64,000 nucleotides of DNA from the NCBI GenBank assembly GCA_016186715.1, contig JACPLA010000021.1, forward strand, positions 640 to 64,639, in the 5' to 3' direction. Each line of letters opens with the position of its first letter. Position 1 is the stretch's first letter. The stretch comes from Ignavibacteriales bacterium. GTDB taxonomy: Bacteria; Bacteroidota; Ignavibacteria; UBA10030. The notes below the pieces were generated by a model. That model worked only from the letters and a program-made list of their open reading frames with translations. It was not told where the DNA came from and ran no database searches. Of the stretch, positions 1 to 9,500 are shown in pieces. A program made the translations under genes and the position numbers.

Positions 1-512
1 CGAACGACCAAGGCAACATGAATAATCGTCTGTCGCATCTTCGATCTCCTTAGTCAACGCCGGTATCACACACCCACAATATTTATGGCTCGACAGCCTT
101 AAGCCTTGTGGTTGGATGGAAGCGGATGAGATACGATGGCATCATGTTGAAGACGTAATTCGAATGACTCATTACGCTGATAACACCTCTCTCATTTTGC
201 TTTCGTAAGTACCTTAGAACGCCCATGCAACTTTCCTTTTAACGCTACCTTTTCAAAAAAATGCTCCACGACATGATGTCCTCCTTTAGTTAAGAATACT
301 TGATATCGGCTCGATGAATCTCGATCTTCGCCACCTTCGGATGCGTCGCTCGACTGTCTCTATGCTTTTCATAAAACGCATCCGACAGCTTTCAATACGC
401 TTGTCTCAATATTTCTGTCCCTGAACAAGGGAGTCCTCGCCGACTGCGGAAACAGCTGCATTGAACAGAAATCTAAGAAAGCAATCATCCAATTTAACTA
501 TTTTAAACCATA

Positions 513-545
513 CCCCGCAGCTTGGACTTCAAAGAAGCTGCGGGG
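513..545 (-). terminator. GC-rich hairpin (ccccgcagctt...aagctgcgggg) just past the stop of the Spy/CpxP-like gene; a T-rich tract follows on the minus strand
   Basis: Inverted repeat read directly from the sequence. The T-run is weak. Confidence 0.35.
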
Positions 546-563
546 TAAGCTACACTAGGTGCG

Positions 564-1250
564 TCAGCGTTTATTCGAAGAGTACCCACGAATCTGGTTG
601 TAAGAATCGCGTTGCTTTGGGGTCAGAAGATTGCTCGTTTCGAGGTGGGCCTGCAAGTGAGTCGTTCGGAGTTCTCCCTCCAATCGGGCAATTGACACGA
701 CGGACTTTATCAACGTTGCCGCTTCGATTTTCCTCGAGGCAAACAACCGGTCAAGCGATTTCTCTTGGTCTACGATAAGTTTACCTAACCTAACCGCCTC
801 TGCATGCATTTTGTCGAAGCTTACCCCAATGCGTTGTTTGACGCCGTTGGAAACGCCTAATTGATCGGCAGCGTCAAGAACGTGACGCGGTCCAGGGTAG
901 CTGTTTAACTCAGCAGCTTTCGCAAAACCCATCCCTCCACCTTCCAAGTAGCTTTTCATCTCGGCGTCAGAGAGGGCCTTGATTTCCCGGGTTTCGAGTC
1001 CAAGGTACGGCGATTGATCACCAGAGCTCTCGTATTTTTTCAAGCGCTCGGCAAGCATTGTCCTGAAATGTTCGTGCGACTCTAATTTGTCTAAGAGTTT
1101 CATCACCATTCCATGGTTACCTGAAATGAATGTGATCACCTCGTCTTGGTTTTTTGGGTCCTTTAGAAGGTCTTGAAACCTTTCTTGCGGAACGACAAAA
1201 GCTAATGAAACGACAACAACTGCGATTAGAACAATAATCGGTGATTTCAT
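564..1250 (-). CDS. Spy/CpxP-family periplasmic protein (LTXXQ motif), N-terminal signal/TM segment
   Basis: 228-aa ORF. The N-terminus is hydrophobic (MKSPIIVLIAVVVVSLAFVV). An LTPKQ (LTXXQ) motif sits near the C-terminus. The composition is helical and charged, typical of Spy/CpxP. Confidence 0.55.
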   Translation of the reverse strand: MKSPIIVLIAVVVVSLAFVVPQERFQDLLKDPKNQDEVITFISGNHGMVMKLLDKLESHEHFRTMLAERLKKYESSGDQSPYLGLETREIKALSDAEMKSYLEGGGMGFAKAAELNSYPGPRHVLDAADQLGVSNGVKQRIGVSFDKMHAEAVRLGKLIVDQEKSLDRLFASRKIEAATLIKSVVSIARLEGELRTTHLQAHLETSNLLTPKQRDSYNQIRGYSSNKR

Positions 1251-1419
1251 GGTTTAACTCCCGAAAGAAAAATTGTAAGAAACTGTTATTTAGTTAAGCA
1301 AGCAGCAAAGCATGTATGTCGTGCGGCAACCCGGGAAGAATCCTTACATTCCTTCCGCAAGGGTAACCTAACCAGCTCACGACATCACAGCGATAGCATT
1401 ACTTGTTAAGAAGTGGTAA

Positions 1420-1827
1420 TCAGATCCGAAGATTGTGCAACAGAACGGAGAGATCTCCCTGTGCACGGGGGAAGAACGAGTTGGAATTGTTCGCAATGCT
1501 TGAGAAAAGCGGGGGAAGATTTTCTGCATGCCAATGAATGTTACCGACAGTCAAGGACCGAAGGTCTTGCTGTTGCGTTGCAATCTGTGGGCCTTCACGG
1601 CAGACGCGTTCATGAAGGCCGCACTTGAGCATTACACTGAATGTTGGAAGGGCTTTCTGAGATCTCCGGCTGTGGGGACATTTGTCTTGTTCGCCAGAGA
1701 GAGATTTTCCACAGGGGATTGAAGCATTCGTCGTGATTCGCTGCTTCACAAAACAAAAAACGGGCAAGGTGCTCAACTGCACATGCGCAACGACGATTGT
1801 AATGACGAGGAGAAATCTGGAGTTCAT
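1420..1827 (-). CDS. possible small secreted Cys-containing protein (hypothetical)
   Basis: 135-aa ORF with a signal-peptide-like N-terminus. There is no recognisable domain and it sits in an otherwise non-coding 680-bp gap. Confidence 0.2.
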   Translation of the reverse strand: MNSRFLLVITIVVAHVQLSTLPVFCFVKQRITTNASIPCGKSLSGEQDKCPHSRRSQKALPTFSVMLKCGLHERVCREGPQIATQQQDLRSLTVGNIHWHAENLPPLFSSIANNSNSFFPRAQGDLSVLLHNLRI

Positions 1828-1930
1828 CTTCGTGTGATCCCGCCTTAGTTACCAAGTCAGAGTACCGATAAACGTCTCTTCATGTGAAAAAGTTCCAGTA
1901 CAATCATTGAGGTGGAATTAAGTGACAGTC

Positions 1931-2455
1931 TCATCCCATAGGGTGTTGCTGCTGTTGAGGGATCTTTTCTGATTGATTTGAGTGTATCAAACCCGTCCAG
2001 ACCGGGCATCTCAACATCACAGAGTATGAGATCTGGGACGGATTTGTGGCTAAGTCAGCGCCTGTCTTTCCGTCTCGGGCTTCGATGACCTCAAAACCCT
2101 CTTCCCTAAGACCGGTGGCGACCACTTCTCGCGTGAGGCTAGTCATTGACTGTCGTACAATGACAAGGTGAATCTCTTTGTTCCAAACTTCTCCGCTCTG
2201 GGACCGGATGACAAACAGGAGCGTGTAGTCTGTGCCCACGGGTATGCCGGGGTTTATGGCAAAAGTAAAAGGTGCTATCGCTTCTCCACGTGGCTTAATT
2301 TCATCGATGGTAATTGCCTGCTTTTCGAATCTTAGCGATGACGGTGGATTTTTTGCTTCAACCGAAATCCATCTTGCTTCATTCGAAGATGTGTTCTCAA
2401 ATCTGTTTTGAAAGGATCCTTGTGGGACTTTATGTATCACGGGCAATTTACTCAA
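1931..2455 (-). CDS. hypothetical protein whose C-terminal half resembles a response-regulator receiver (REC) domain
   Basis: 174-aa ORF. The C-terminal segment ([36 protein letters not shown]...) follows the REC pattern. The N-terminal half is unassigned. Confidence 0.4.
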   Translation of the reverse strand: MSKLPVIHKVPQGSFQNRFENTSSNEARWISVEAKNPPSSLRFEKQAITIDEIKPRGEAIAPFTFAINPGIPVGTDYTLLFVIRSQSGEVWNKEIHLVIVRQSMTSLTREVVATGLREEGFEVIEARDGKTGADLATNPSQISYSVMLRCPVWTGLIHSNQSEKIPQQQQHPMG

Positions 2456-2520
2456 GAGACGAGATTGTCTGACATGGAACGCGCGTCGATATGCATTCTT
2501 GCTTAGGGTTTTAGTGCGCT

Positions 2521-2967
2521 GTGCTCAATCAGGGCTTTATTGCCTTTTTCCATATTCGACTTTCAGCCCCAAACCCATCAAAACTGCCTACTGTTCTGAA
2601 CACGATTGGCGACCATATCCGGAAGCGAAGAACGGAGCTTGAACTGCTGCAAAAGGACGTAGCGGGGTTAGTCGGGGTCTATAAGACAACGGTCTACGAC
2701 TGGGAACGGGGTTATACGAAGCCACGCCACAGATACCTTCCCAAGGTTATTGAATTCCTGGGTTATGATCCGGCTCCCGCGGAGCCGAGGACGCTGGGAG
2801 AGAAATTGCTGAAGTATCGGAAGGACCGCGGGATAACTCAGAAGGAGCTTGCCCGGCGCATTGGGATTGACCCAACGACGTTGAGCAGGTTGGAAAAAGG
2901 CAAAGGAAATCGCAACTTTCGAAATGTAAAGGAGAAAGCAGAGAGCTTCCTAAGAAAACATTCCTGA
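2521..2967 (+). CDS. tandem-HTH XRE-family transcriptional regulator, paralog A of a 3-copy family
   Basis: Two HTH_XRE-like modules (LGDHIRKRR...TTVYDWERG and LGEKLLKYRKDRGITQKELARRIGIDPTTLSRLE). The true start is uncertain because the 5' part is a conserved non-coding leader. Confidence 0.7.
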   Translation: MLNQGFIAFFHIRLSAPNPSKLPTVLNTIGDHIRKRRTELELLQKDVAGLVGVYKTTVYDWERGYTKPRHRYLPKVIEFLGYDPAPAEPRTLGEKLLKYRKDRGITQKELARRIGIDPTTLSRLEKGKGNRNFRNVKEKAESFLRKHS

Positions 2968-3033
2968 GAAAACAAAGAGGCGAACGACCCACCTACTAGC
3001 CGTTCGCCCATTGCAATAGCCAAACACACCATC

Positions 3034-3444
3034 CTACTTTGTGAGAGCCATCTTCATTACCTTTGTGAATTGCTTTCCGCTCTGACCCGTCGCAACGATG
3101 CGATAGAAGTACACACCGCTTCCCACCTTGCCTCCAGCGGCGTCTGTCGCATTCCATGTCAGTCTCTGGTAGCCGGCAGAATACTCCCGCTCGACAAGTC
3201 TGACAATTTCACGACCCAAAACGTCGAGGACCGTGACACTCACGAATGACGGCTCGGGGAGCGCAAACGAAATCTGCGTTTCAGGATTGAAGGGATTGGG
3301 AAAATTCTGACTTACTTGAACCTCCTTCGGAATTACAATAACTATTTCCTCATCAGCATGTCTTTCCACGGGTTCACCCTCTACAAACGCGACGTTGCTG
3401 TACGCAGAGACCAAACATCGTGGCCGAATCTCTACGCTGGCCAT
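3034..3444 (-). pseudogene. remnant of a T9SS-secreted protein: C-terminal sorting domain only
   Basis: 136-aa ORF consisting almost entirely of a Por/T9SS C-terminal domain (NFPNPFNPETQISFALPEPSFVSVTVLDVLGREI...YFYRIVATG). No functional passenger domain remains. Confidence 0.5.
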
Positions 3445-3640
3445 GGTCGTATCGACTTGAGGTGATCAGATTCGGAAGCAACGCCCTGACCAGAATCTCT
3501 TCTAAATAAAGACGTGGCGATACTGCTGGGATTTGATACATTGACAGATTACAACTGGGAGCGCAACTTTAGACGGCCTACACTCAGGACTACACGTATC
3601 TTCCCGCATTCCTTGAGCCGGGAAGCCTTGGAAGGGAAAT

Positions 3641-3820
3641 TATGTTTTACCCCCTTCTTCGCGGGGTGAGCCAAAAGGGACTAGCGGGTAAACTCAACAT
3701 TGATCCTAGTACCTTGGCGCGGTTGGAACGAGATGAAGGAAAACCGAGTTGCAAACTGAAAGAAAAGTTTATTGAGTTCTTTAAGAAAAGCCGCCTATGC
3801 AACGAGCGGATTGAAGAATA
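3641..3820 (+). pseudogene. 59-aa fragment matching the second HTH module of the tandem-HTH XRE family
   Basis: Translation MFYPLLRGVSQKGLAGKLNIDPSTLARLERDEGK... aligns with GITQKELARRIGIDPTTLSRLEKGKG of paralog A. The first HTH module is missing. Confidence 0.5.
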
Positions 3821-3897
3821 ACCAGAAAAAGGAGACCTGCAGAACTTTTGTGTGTCTGTAGCAGCAGGGGTAGGAAACGCGACTCGTGCATGCCAAG

Positions 3898-4773
3898 CTA
3901 GGAAAGGCTCCTGGATTGAGCATCAGATGCACACTCCTCGACGACTTTGTGTATGTGAGCTTGAACGGTTTGTGATTTAGACGCTTGCGATTCTGTCATC
4001 TCATGGATTGGCTGACCAGATCCACCGCGACGCACCGCGATGATTTCACTCATAACACTGAGTGCTATTTCTTCGGGTGTTAAGGCACCGAGATCAAGTC
4101 CTGCCGGCGTCCTGACACACGAAAGCCCCGAAGCAGGTACCCCGGCATCCGCGACGTAATCGAGTACGAGTTTTGCACGTTTCTTGCTTGCAATGAGGGC
4201 GACGTATGCAGCGTTGCCTTCGAGTGCGAGCTTGAGTGAAAGATGATCCTGCTTATGCTGCGTTGCAATGACGACGTAGGATTGACTGTCGATCTTTGTC
4301 TCACCGAACGATCCCTGAAATAGTTTGTCTGCTGTGGGGAAAGCTTCCGGCATTGCCGCAGGGCTATTCACCGTGACAGTGAAGTTCATTATTTTGCCGA
4401 TTGCCGCAATCGTCTCAGCAATTTTTCCGTGACCAATAATCACAAGTTTAGGTTTCGGCAAAATCGGTTCAATATAGACTTGCATAGTCCCTCCACATGG
4501 CATGCCGACGCCGAGAACCTCGTCGGTCATATCGATGGATATCATTCGCGTATTACCATCTTTGATGCTTTGTGCAGCCTCATAGCGCACAGTGCTTTCC
4601 GCACATCCCCCGCCAACCCAGCCATAGAGAAGCCGCTCGTCGGTGTCGATGATTGCTTTTGATCCCGGCTTCGCAGAGGATGAACCCTGGATATGCACAA
4701 CCGTCGCCACTGCGAATGGTTTTTCCGTCTTGCTCAGCTCAAAGAGCTTTTCAAAAAATTCCTTTGACATCAC
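3898..4773 (-). CDS. coxF: XdhC/CoxF-family molybdoenzyme maturation chaperone
   Basis: XdhC_CoxI N-terminal domain (FAVATVVHIQGSSSAKPGSKAII...WVGGGCAE) plus a Rossmann C-terminal domain. It lies inside the cox cluster. Confidence 0.8.
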   Translation of the reverse strand: MMSKEFFEKLFELSKTEKPFAVATVVHIQGSSSAKPGSKAIIDTDERLLYGWVGGGCAESTVRYEAAQSIKDGNTRMISIDMTDEVLGVGMPCGGTMQVYIEPILPKPKLVIIGHGKIAETIAAIGKIMNFTVTVNSPAAMPEAFPTADKLFQGSFGETKIDSQSYVVIATQHKQDHLSLKLALEGNAAYVALIASKKRAKLVLDYVADAGVPASGLSCVRTPAGLDLGALTPEEIALSVMSEIIAVRRGGSGQPIHEMTESQASKSQTVQAHIHKVVEECASDAQSRSLS

Positions 4774-4781
4774 TCATCCTC

Positions 4782-5078
4782 CTATCGAAGGAAAACGTCG
4801 ATTCCAAAATAGGGTAAGATCACAAATGCGAGAGTCACAGCGCAGCTTCCCAAGAAAAATACTTTATTAAACACAGTACCCCTGGCTCGAAAAGTCAAAT
4901 AGAATGAAATACCGAATGAGATCACCCCAGCGGCAAGTAGGATGTGACGATAAGGACTGAGGATCCACACAAGACTTGTTGAACCGAGACCGAACAGGGA
5001 ATAGAAAAAGGGAAGTGCACAACAAGGTCGTGAAAGAAACCCAAAGATGATTCCCGTGATAGTCGTCAGATTCTTCAA
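4782..5078 (-). CDS. small 2-TM membrane protein with vicinal Cys pair, MerF/MerT-like
   Basis: 98 aa. TM1 carries a CCALPF motif, as in MerT/MerF CCxxP. It is followed by LSPYRH and a second TM. Confidence 0.45.
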   Translation of the reverse strand: MKNLTTITGIIFGFLSRPCCALPFFYSLFGLGSTSLVWILSPYRHILLAAGVISFGISFYLTFRARGTVFNKVFFLGSCAVTLAFVILPYFGIDVFLR

Positions 5079-5094
5079 TTGCGGACTCCTTCCT

Positions 5095-5648
5095 TCATCC
5101 TAGTTCCCTCGTTTCCTGTTCATGTTGCCGGCGTATATTCACGATCTCGGCAAGGATACTGAGTGCAATTTCTTCAGGGGTGGATGCATAAATCTCCAAA
5201 CCAGCCGGCGATCTGACGCGTTTCAATTCTTCGTCGGACACACCGCCTGAACGTAGATGCTGAATCATTTCTGCACCACGTTTCTTACTCCCCAGTACCC
5301 CAATGTACCTTGCCTTTGTTTCAAGTGCTTGCGCCAGAGCATCTTCATCGTATTTGCCGCGACTCGCGATGACGATATACGACTCAAGTGAGACATCTGC
5401 TTTCCTCAAATCCAACTCCTGGATGGTGTCATCCACCTCCATGTCATCTTCTGAAAGAAACGGATCAATAACGGTGACGTGGAATTTGAGCACTTCCCTA
5501 GCTTTGCAAGCGAGGTCGCAACCGTATCACCTCCAATGACCACGAGCCTGGCGACATGTTCAGACGTCAAGACTGGATTCCTTGATGGAGGAAAATCTTT
5601 TGAAGTCATCCGCAGTGTCGATATCAACGAGAATGCTGGCGTCAGCAA
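5095..5648 (-). pseudogene. XdhC-like Rossmann-domain-only gene, interrupted by a frameshift near 5490
   Basis: Two overlapping frames. One (5406-5648) encodes LVVIGGDTVATSLAKLGK. The other (5095-5493) continues with HVTVIDP...GVLGSKKR...SPAGLEI. It overlaps the 3' end of mocA. Confidence 0.45.
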
Positions 5649-6234
5649 GGTTCACTGTGTGGATTTTTTTCGGATGGAGGCCGAAGAGAGATCGACAGCC
5701 AATGTCACCCGAGATTTGCATCATCTCGCCAAACAGCGAGCGATCAACTAGTACCGGATTCCCTCGAAATCCCTTATAGACGGGAAGAATGATCGGAGCT
5801 TTCTCTCGACGATATTCATCGGTCAATTGATTGATAATTGAAGGATTGAGAAAAGGCTGATCAGCCAACACGATCAATGCGGCCTCTGAGTCGGGTGCGA
5901 GAGACTGGAGACCGGCCTTGATCGACGTGCTCATTCCTTGCGCAAATACATCGTTGACGACGACTCTTGTTCGTTGGGCTCCACTATTCAGAGTAATCGC
6001 TTTCAGAATTTTTTCAGACTGATAACCGAGGACAAGGATTATCTCGCTCACACTCGAATCAGCCACCGTACGTATTGTGTGTTCCAGTAACGTGCAATTC
6101 CCTACTTTCATCAATTGCTTGAGGCTTCCCATACGCTTCGACATTCCAGCTGCGAGAATTATCGCCGAGACGAATGGTCGATTGACCGTCTCAATTCTTT
6201 GTGCAGTATGTTCTCGAGTTTCGAGCATGTTCAT
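5560..6234 (-). CDS. mocA: MocA/MobA-like molybdenum cofactor nucleotidyltransferase
   Basis: N-terminal ILAAGMSKRMG nucleotide-binding loop and the MobA-like NTP_transferase pattern. Confidence 0.75.
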   Translation of the reverse strand: MNMLETREHTAQRIETVNRPFVSAIILAAGMSKRMGSLKQLMKVGNCTLLEHTIRTVADSSVSEIILVLGYQSEKILKAITLNSGAQRTRVVVNDVFAQGMSTSIKAGLQSLAPDSEAALIVLADQPFLNPSIINQLTDEYRREKAPIILPVYKGFRGNPVLVDRSLFGEMMQISGDIGCRSLFGLHPKKIHTVNLADASILVDIDTADDFKRFSSIKESSLDV

Positions 6235-7250
6235 CCACCAAGTTGAAACATTTCTGCCCTTGTTGCATGAGCACCTGCTTCAAGAAGTTGAGCGCGCTCT
6301 TCAGAATATCGATCGGTTCTGTTGCTCCAAATCGATGCGATCAATTCCTTGATGCTCTCGTCGCTCGCTCCGGTTCTCAGATGAGTCTTGAGATCGTGTC
6401 CCTGACTTGCAAACAAGCACGTATAGAATTTTCCTTCTGCCGATAGTCTGATCCTTGCGCAATCTCCACAAAAAGGTTTTGTCACTGATGCGATGACTCC
6501 TATTTCGCCCTTCCCGTCCGTGTATCGATACCGCAGCGCGACCTCGCTCGGATAACTTCGCTCCAAAGGTTCGAGCGGCAATTCTTTGTCGATACGTCGG
6601 ATGATCTCATCAGCAGAAACGACATCATCCATCCTCCAACCGTTCAGAGTTCCTACGTCCATGTACTCAATAAATCGTAGAACATGTCCCCGTCGTTTGA
6701 AAAATCTCGCGAGGTCAACCAACGTATGGCCATTGACCCCTTTTTGAACAACAACGTTGATTTTGAGAGGCGAGAAACCGACCCTCGCAGCCGTTTCAAT
6801 TCCTTGGAGGACGCGCTCAGTCGTGAATCCTTGTCCGTTCATCTTGCCGAAGACTTCATCATCGAGTGAATGCAGACTCACGGTTATTCTATGGAGTCCT
6901 GCATCCTTGAGCGCCTGCGCTTTTTCAGTTAACAGGTATCCATTCGTTGTGAGAGCGAGGTCTGTCATTCCCTTGATCCCGGCCAGTTGGTAGACCAACA
7001 CCTCTATGTCATTTCTAAGCAAAGGCTCGCCACCCGTGAGACGGACCTTGGAGACCCCAAGATCAACAAAGATCTTTGCAACGCGAACGATCTCCTCGAA
7101 TGTCAGGATTTCGGTTTTCGGAAGAAACTCGTATCGCTCGCCAAACGTTTCAGCAGGCATGCAAAAAGGACACCGAAAATTACATCGGTCCGTGACCGAG
7201 ACCCGAAGGTCGTTGAGCGGTCTGCCGAATTTATCTTTGAGTTCAGACAT
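6231..7250 (-). CDS. moaA: GTP 3',8-cyclase MoaA (radical SAM)
   Basis: CNFRCPFC radical-SAM motif, MoaA-type length (339 aa) and a C-terminal Cys cluster. Confidence 0.9.
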   Translation of the reverse strand: MSELKDKFGRPLNDLRVSVTDRCNFRCPFCMPAETFGERYEFLPKTEILTFEEIVRVAKIFVDLGVSKVRLTGGEPLLRNDIEVLVYQLAGIKGMTDLALTTNGYLLTEKAQALKDAGLHRITVSLHSLDDEVFGKMNGQGFTTERVLQGIETAARVGFSPLKINVVVQKGVNGHTLVDLARFFKRRGHVLRFIEYMDVGTLNGWRMDDVVSADEIIRRIDKELPLEPLERSYPSEVALRYRYTDGKGEIGVIASVTKPFCGDCARIRLSAEGKFYTCLFASQGHDLKTHLRTGASDESIKELIASIWSNRTDRYSEERAQLLEAGAHATRAEMFQLGG

Positions 7251-7257
7251 GTTTTTT

Positions 7258-8256
7258 TTAACGATGTTTCATCTTGATGTATTGTTCGGGGTCCTTTTCA
7301 AAGGTAGACTTGCAATGGGCGGAACAGAAATAAAAAGTCCTTCCATTCAGCTTTGAAATATGCTTCGCTGTAGCAACGTTCACCATCATCCTACAAATAG
7401 GGTCTTCTTGCTCGGCCGGTTCGTTCGCCCGGTGTTTTGCAGTCTCTGGGCTTGCGTGAGCTGCAGCTGATCTGGTAACTTGAATTATCTCTGCAAGAAT
7501 GCTTACCGCAATCTCTCCGGGAGCCGCCGCTTTGATGTCCAAACCCGCCGGGACCTTCACATGCTTCAACTGGGAGGAGGAGAAACCTCGTCCCTGCAAA
7601 TACTCTGAAACCGCCTCCCATTTCTTCTTGCTGGCAACAAACGCAACGTACGCAGCGTCAAGGCTCAGCGCCTGCTCGAGCGCTCCCTCGTCATCTTCTC
7701 CTTGCGTTGCAACGACAATGGCAGAACGGGTAGATGATCTCTCCTCAAACGCCCTCATAAGCCCTACACCATGCCCCGACTGTTGGAAAATATCCACGTC
7801 TGCAAAATCTTCTCGACTTTCTTCCGGGGCCACAACTGCAACGCGATACGAGAGGGTCTTCGCGAGCGTTGCGAGCGTTTGGGCAACGGCTGACCGTCCG
7901 AAGATGAGCAGTTGTACTTTCGAAAGAATCGGTTCAATGAAAATATCCAAGGTTCCTCCACTGTGACACATCATCGTGTAACCGGTGATGCCATCGGAAG
8001 GCTCGGCGCCAACTGTCGGGCTGACACGAACAAACCGCGGGTTGCCGTCCTCGAGAGCTTTCATCGCTTCTTTGATCACGATCGGTTGAGCGCATCCCCC
8101 GCCAACCCAGCCGGATAACTTCCCATCACGGGAGATGAGAGCTCTGTCGCCCGGCTTTGCTGAGGTCGGACGTTCACACCGCACGACGGTGGCAACCGCG
8201 AATGGTTCATTCTTTTCCCGGAGTCGACTAACGAGTTTTAAGAAATCGTCAAACAT
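7258..8256 (-). CDS. XdhC-family chaperone fused to a C-terminal YHS/TRASH metal-binding domain
   Basis: XdhC_CoxI and Rossmann domains, followed by ...ICRMMVNVATAKHISKLNGRTFYFCSAHCKSTFEKDP (YHS-type). Confidence 0.8.
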   Translation of the reverse strand: MFDDFLKLVSRLREKNEPFAVATVVRCERPTSAKPGDRALISRDGKLSGWVGGGCAQPIVIKEAMKALEDGNPRFVRVSPTVGAEPSDGITGYTMMCHSGGTLDIFIEPILSKVQLLIFGRSAVAQTLATLAKTLSYRVAVVAPEESREDFADVDIFQQSGHGVGLMRAFEERSSTRSAIVVATQGEDDEGALEQALSLDAAYVAFVASKKKWEAVSEYLQGRGFSSSQLKHVKVPAGLDIKAAAPGEIAVSILAEIIQVTRSAAAHASPETAKHRANEPAEQEDPICRMMVNVATAKHISKLNGRTFYFCSAHCKSTFEKDPEQYIKMKHR

Positions 8257-8300
8257 AATTCAATCTTCACGCACTTCTGTGTTTTCATTTCTTTTTATCG

Positions 8301-9470
8301 TTAAGATAAATGATGCTCGAGTTGGAGAAGACTCTCCAAACTGTGCGCGGGCGCGAAAACGTCCGCGAAGGGGAGTGCAGCACTCATCCCGCGTGTGATT
8401 GGCTGGTACTCAGCAAGTCCAAGAAGAGGATTGAGCCAGATGAGCTTTCGGGCCCGACGCTTGATTGTTTGGAGTTGTTCTGTCAGCGCTTCAGGTTCAC
8501 CGGTGTCCCAGCCATCACTCATGATAATGACCAAAGAATTGCGCGAACGCAGTTTCCGAGCATGCAGCGTATTGAATTCCGCCAAACATTTACCGATGCG
8601 CGTGCCCCCGGACCAGCTCTCGACGTTCTGCGCAACCATCTGTAAAGCGTTGGAGAGTTGATGCGTTCGAAGTGCGCCTGAAATATCGGTTAGCCGCGTG
8701 CTGAAAACGAACGAATCGACGCGCTCAAAATACTGCTGCAGTGCATAGACGAATCGCAGGAGGAACAAGCTGTAGAGGTCCATCGATCCGCTGACATCTA
8801 GAAGCACGACCAGATTGATCTTTTGACGTTTTCTTTCCTTATAGTGCAGCGTCATCGGTTCTCCGCCGCGACTGAGGTTGGAACGAATCGTCCGCCTGAA
8901 ATCCAGACGGCCTCGTTCTCCATACTGTCGATACCTTCGCGTCAAGCGCTTGCTCATCTGTCGCCACAGCCGCAGGCAAAGTTGTTCCAGGAGAGGAAGG
9001 TCGGAAGCCGCCACCTCTGAGAAATCCATCTTTCTTAATCGCTCTTCTGCACTTGCTCCGGTGGTTGCCGTGAGATCGCCTTCCTCCTGGGACTTGCTGG
9101 CCTGCTCCAAAGCTCGGCGGTGTTCGTCTCCAATCACGGGCACTTCAATCCGAGAAGAAAGTACTTCCCTCTGCAGGTGGATTGTTTCAGTGGAGTTTCC
9201 CCAAAACTGTTCAAACAGCTGATCAAACTGTTCGTATTGTTCCCTTGAAGAGCAGAGGAGTGCGCGAAGCGAAGATTGAAATGCTTCGCGATCGGTAATC
9301 GTAACGAAGCGAGCAACTTCCAGGGCATCGATGGTTTCTTGTAAACCGACTTGAAAACTGTTTGCTCGCAAGAATCGGCAGAACTGAACGATCGTCTTGG
9401 TCACGATACCGTCGGAAAAGCCAGCACTTGCACGCACGGTCATGCTCTTTTGAGTCGGTTTCTTCATCAC
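8301..9470 (-). CDS. coxE: VWA-domain protein CoxE
   Basis: MIDAS motif LVVLLDVSGSMD. It sits immediately downstream of the MoxR ATPase within the cox cluster. Confidence 0.8.
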   Translation of the reverse strand: MMKKPTQKSMTVRASAGFSDGIVTKTIVQFCRFLRANSFQVGLQETIDALEVARFVTITDREAFQSSLRALLCSSREQYEQFDQLFEQFWGNSTETIHLQREVLSSRIEVPVIGDEHRRALEQASKSQEEGDLTATTGASAEERLRKMDFSEVAASDLPLLEQLCLRLWRQMSKRLTRRYRQYGERGRLDFRRTIRSNLSRGGEPMTLHYKERKRQKINLVVLLDVSGSMDLYSLFLLRFVYALQQYFERVDSFVFSTRLTDISGALRTHQLSNALQMVAQNVESWSGGTRIGKCLAEFNTLHARKLRSRNSLVIIMSDGWDTGEPEALTEQLQTIKRRARKLIWLNPLLGLAEYQPITRGMSAALPFADVFAPAHSLESLLQLEHHLS

Positions 9471-9500
9471 CTCATCGTCCTCGGTTCGCGTTTCAACATC

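Noticed and set aside
1-39. Possible minus-strand gene start (MRQTIIHVALVV...) running off the left edge
   Set aside because: Only 13 codons are visible, too little to call.
461-778. 105-aa plus-strand ORF
   Set aside because: It overlaps the 3' end of the Spy/CpxP-like gene on the other strand and spans the terminator hairpin. It has no RBS and no motif.
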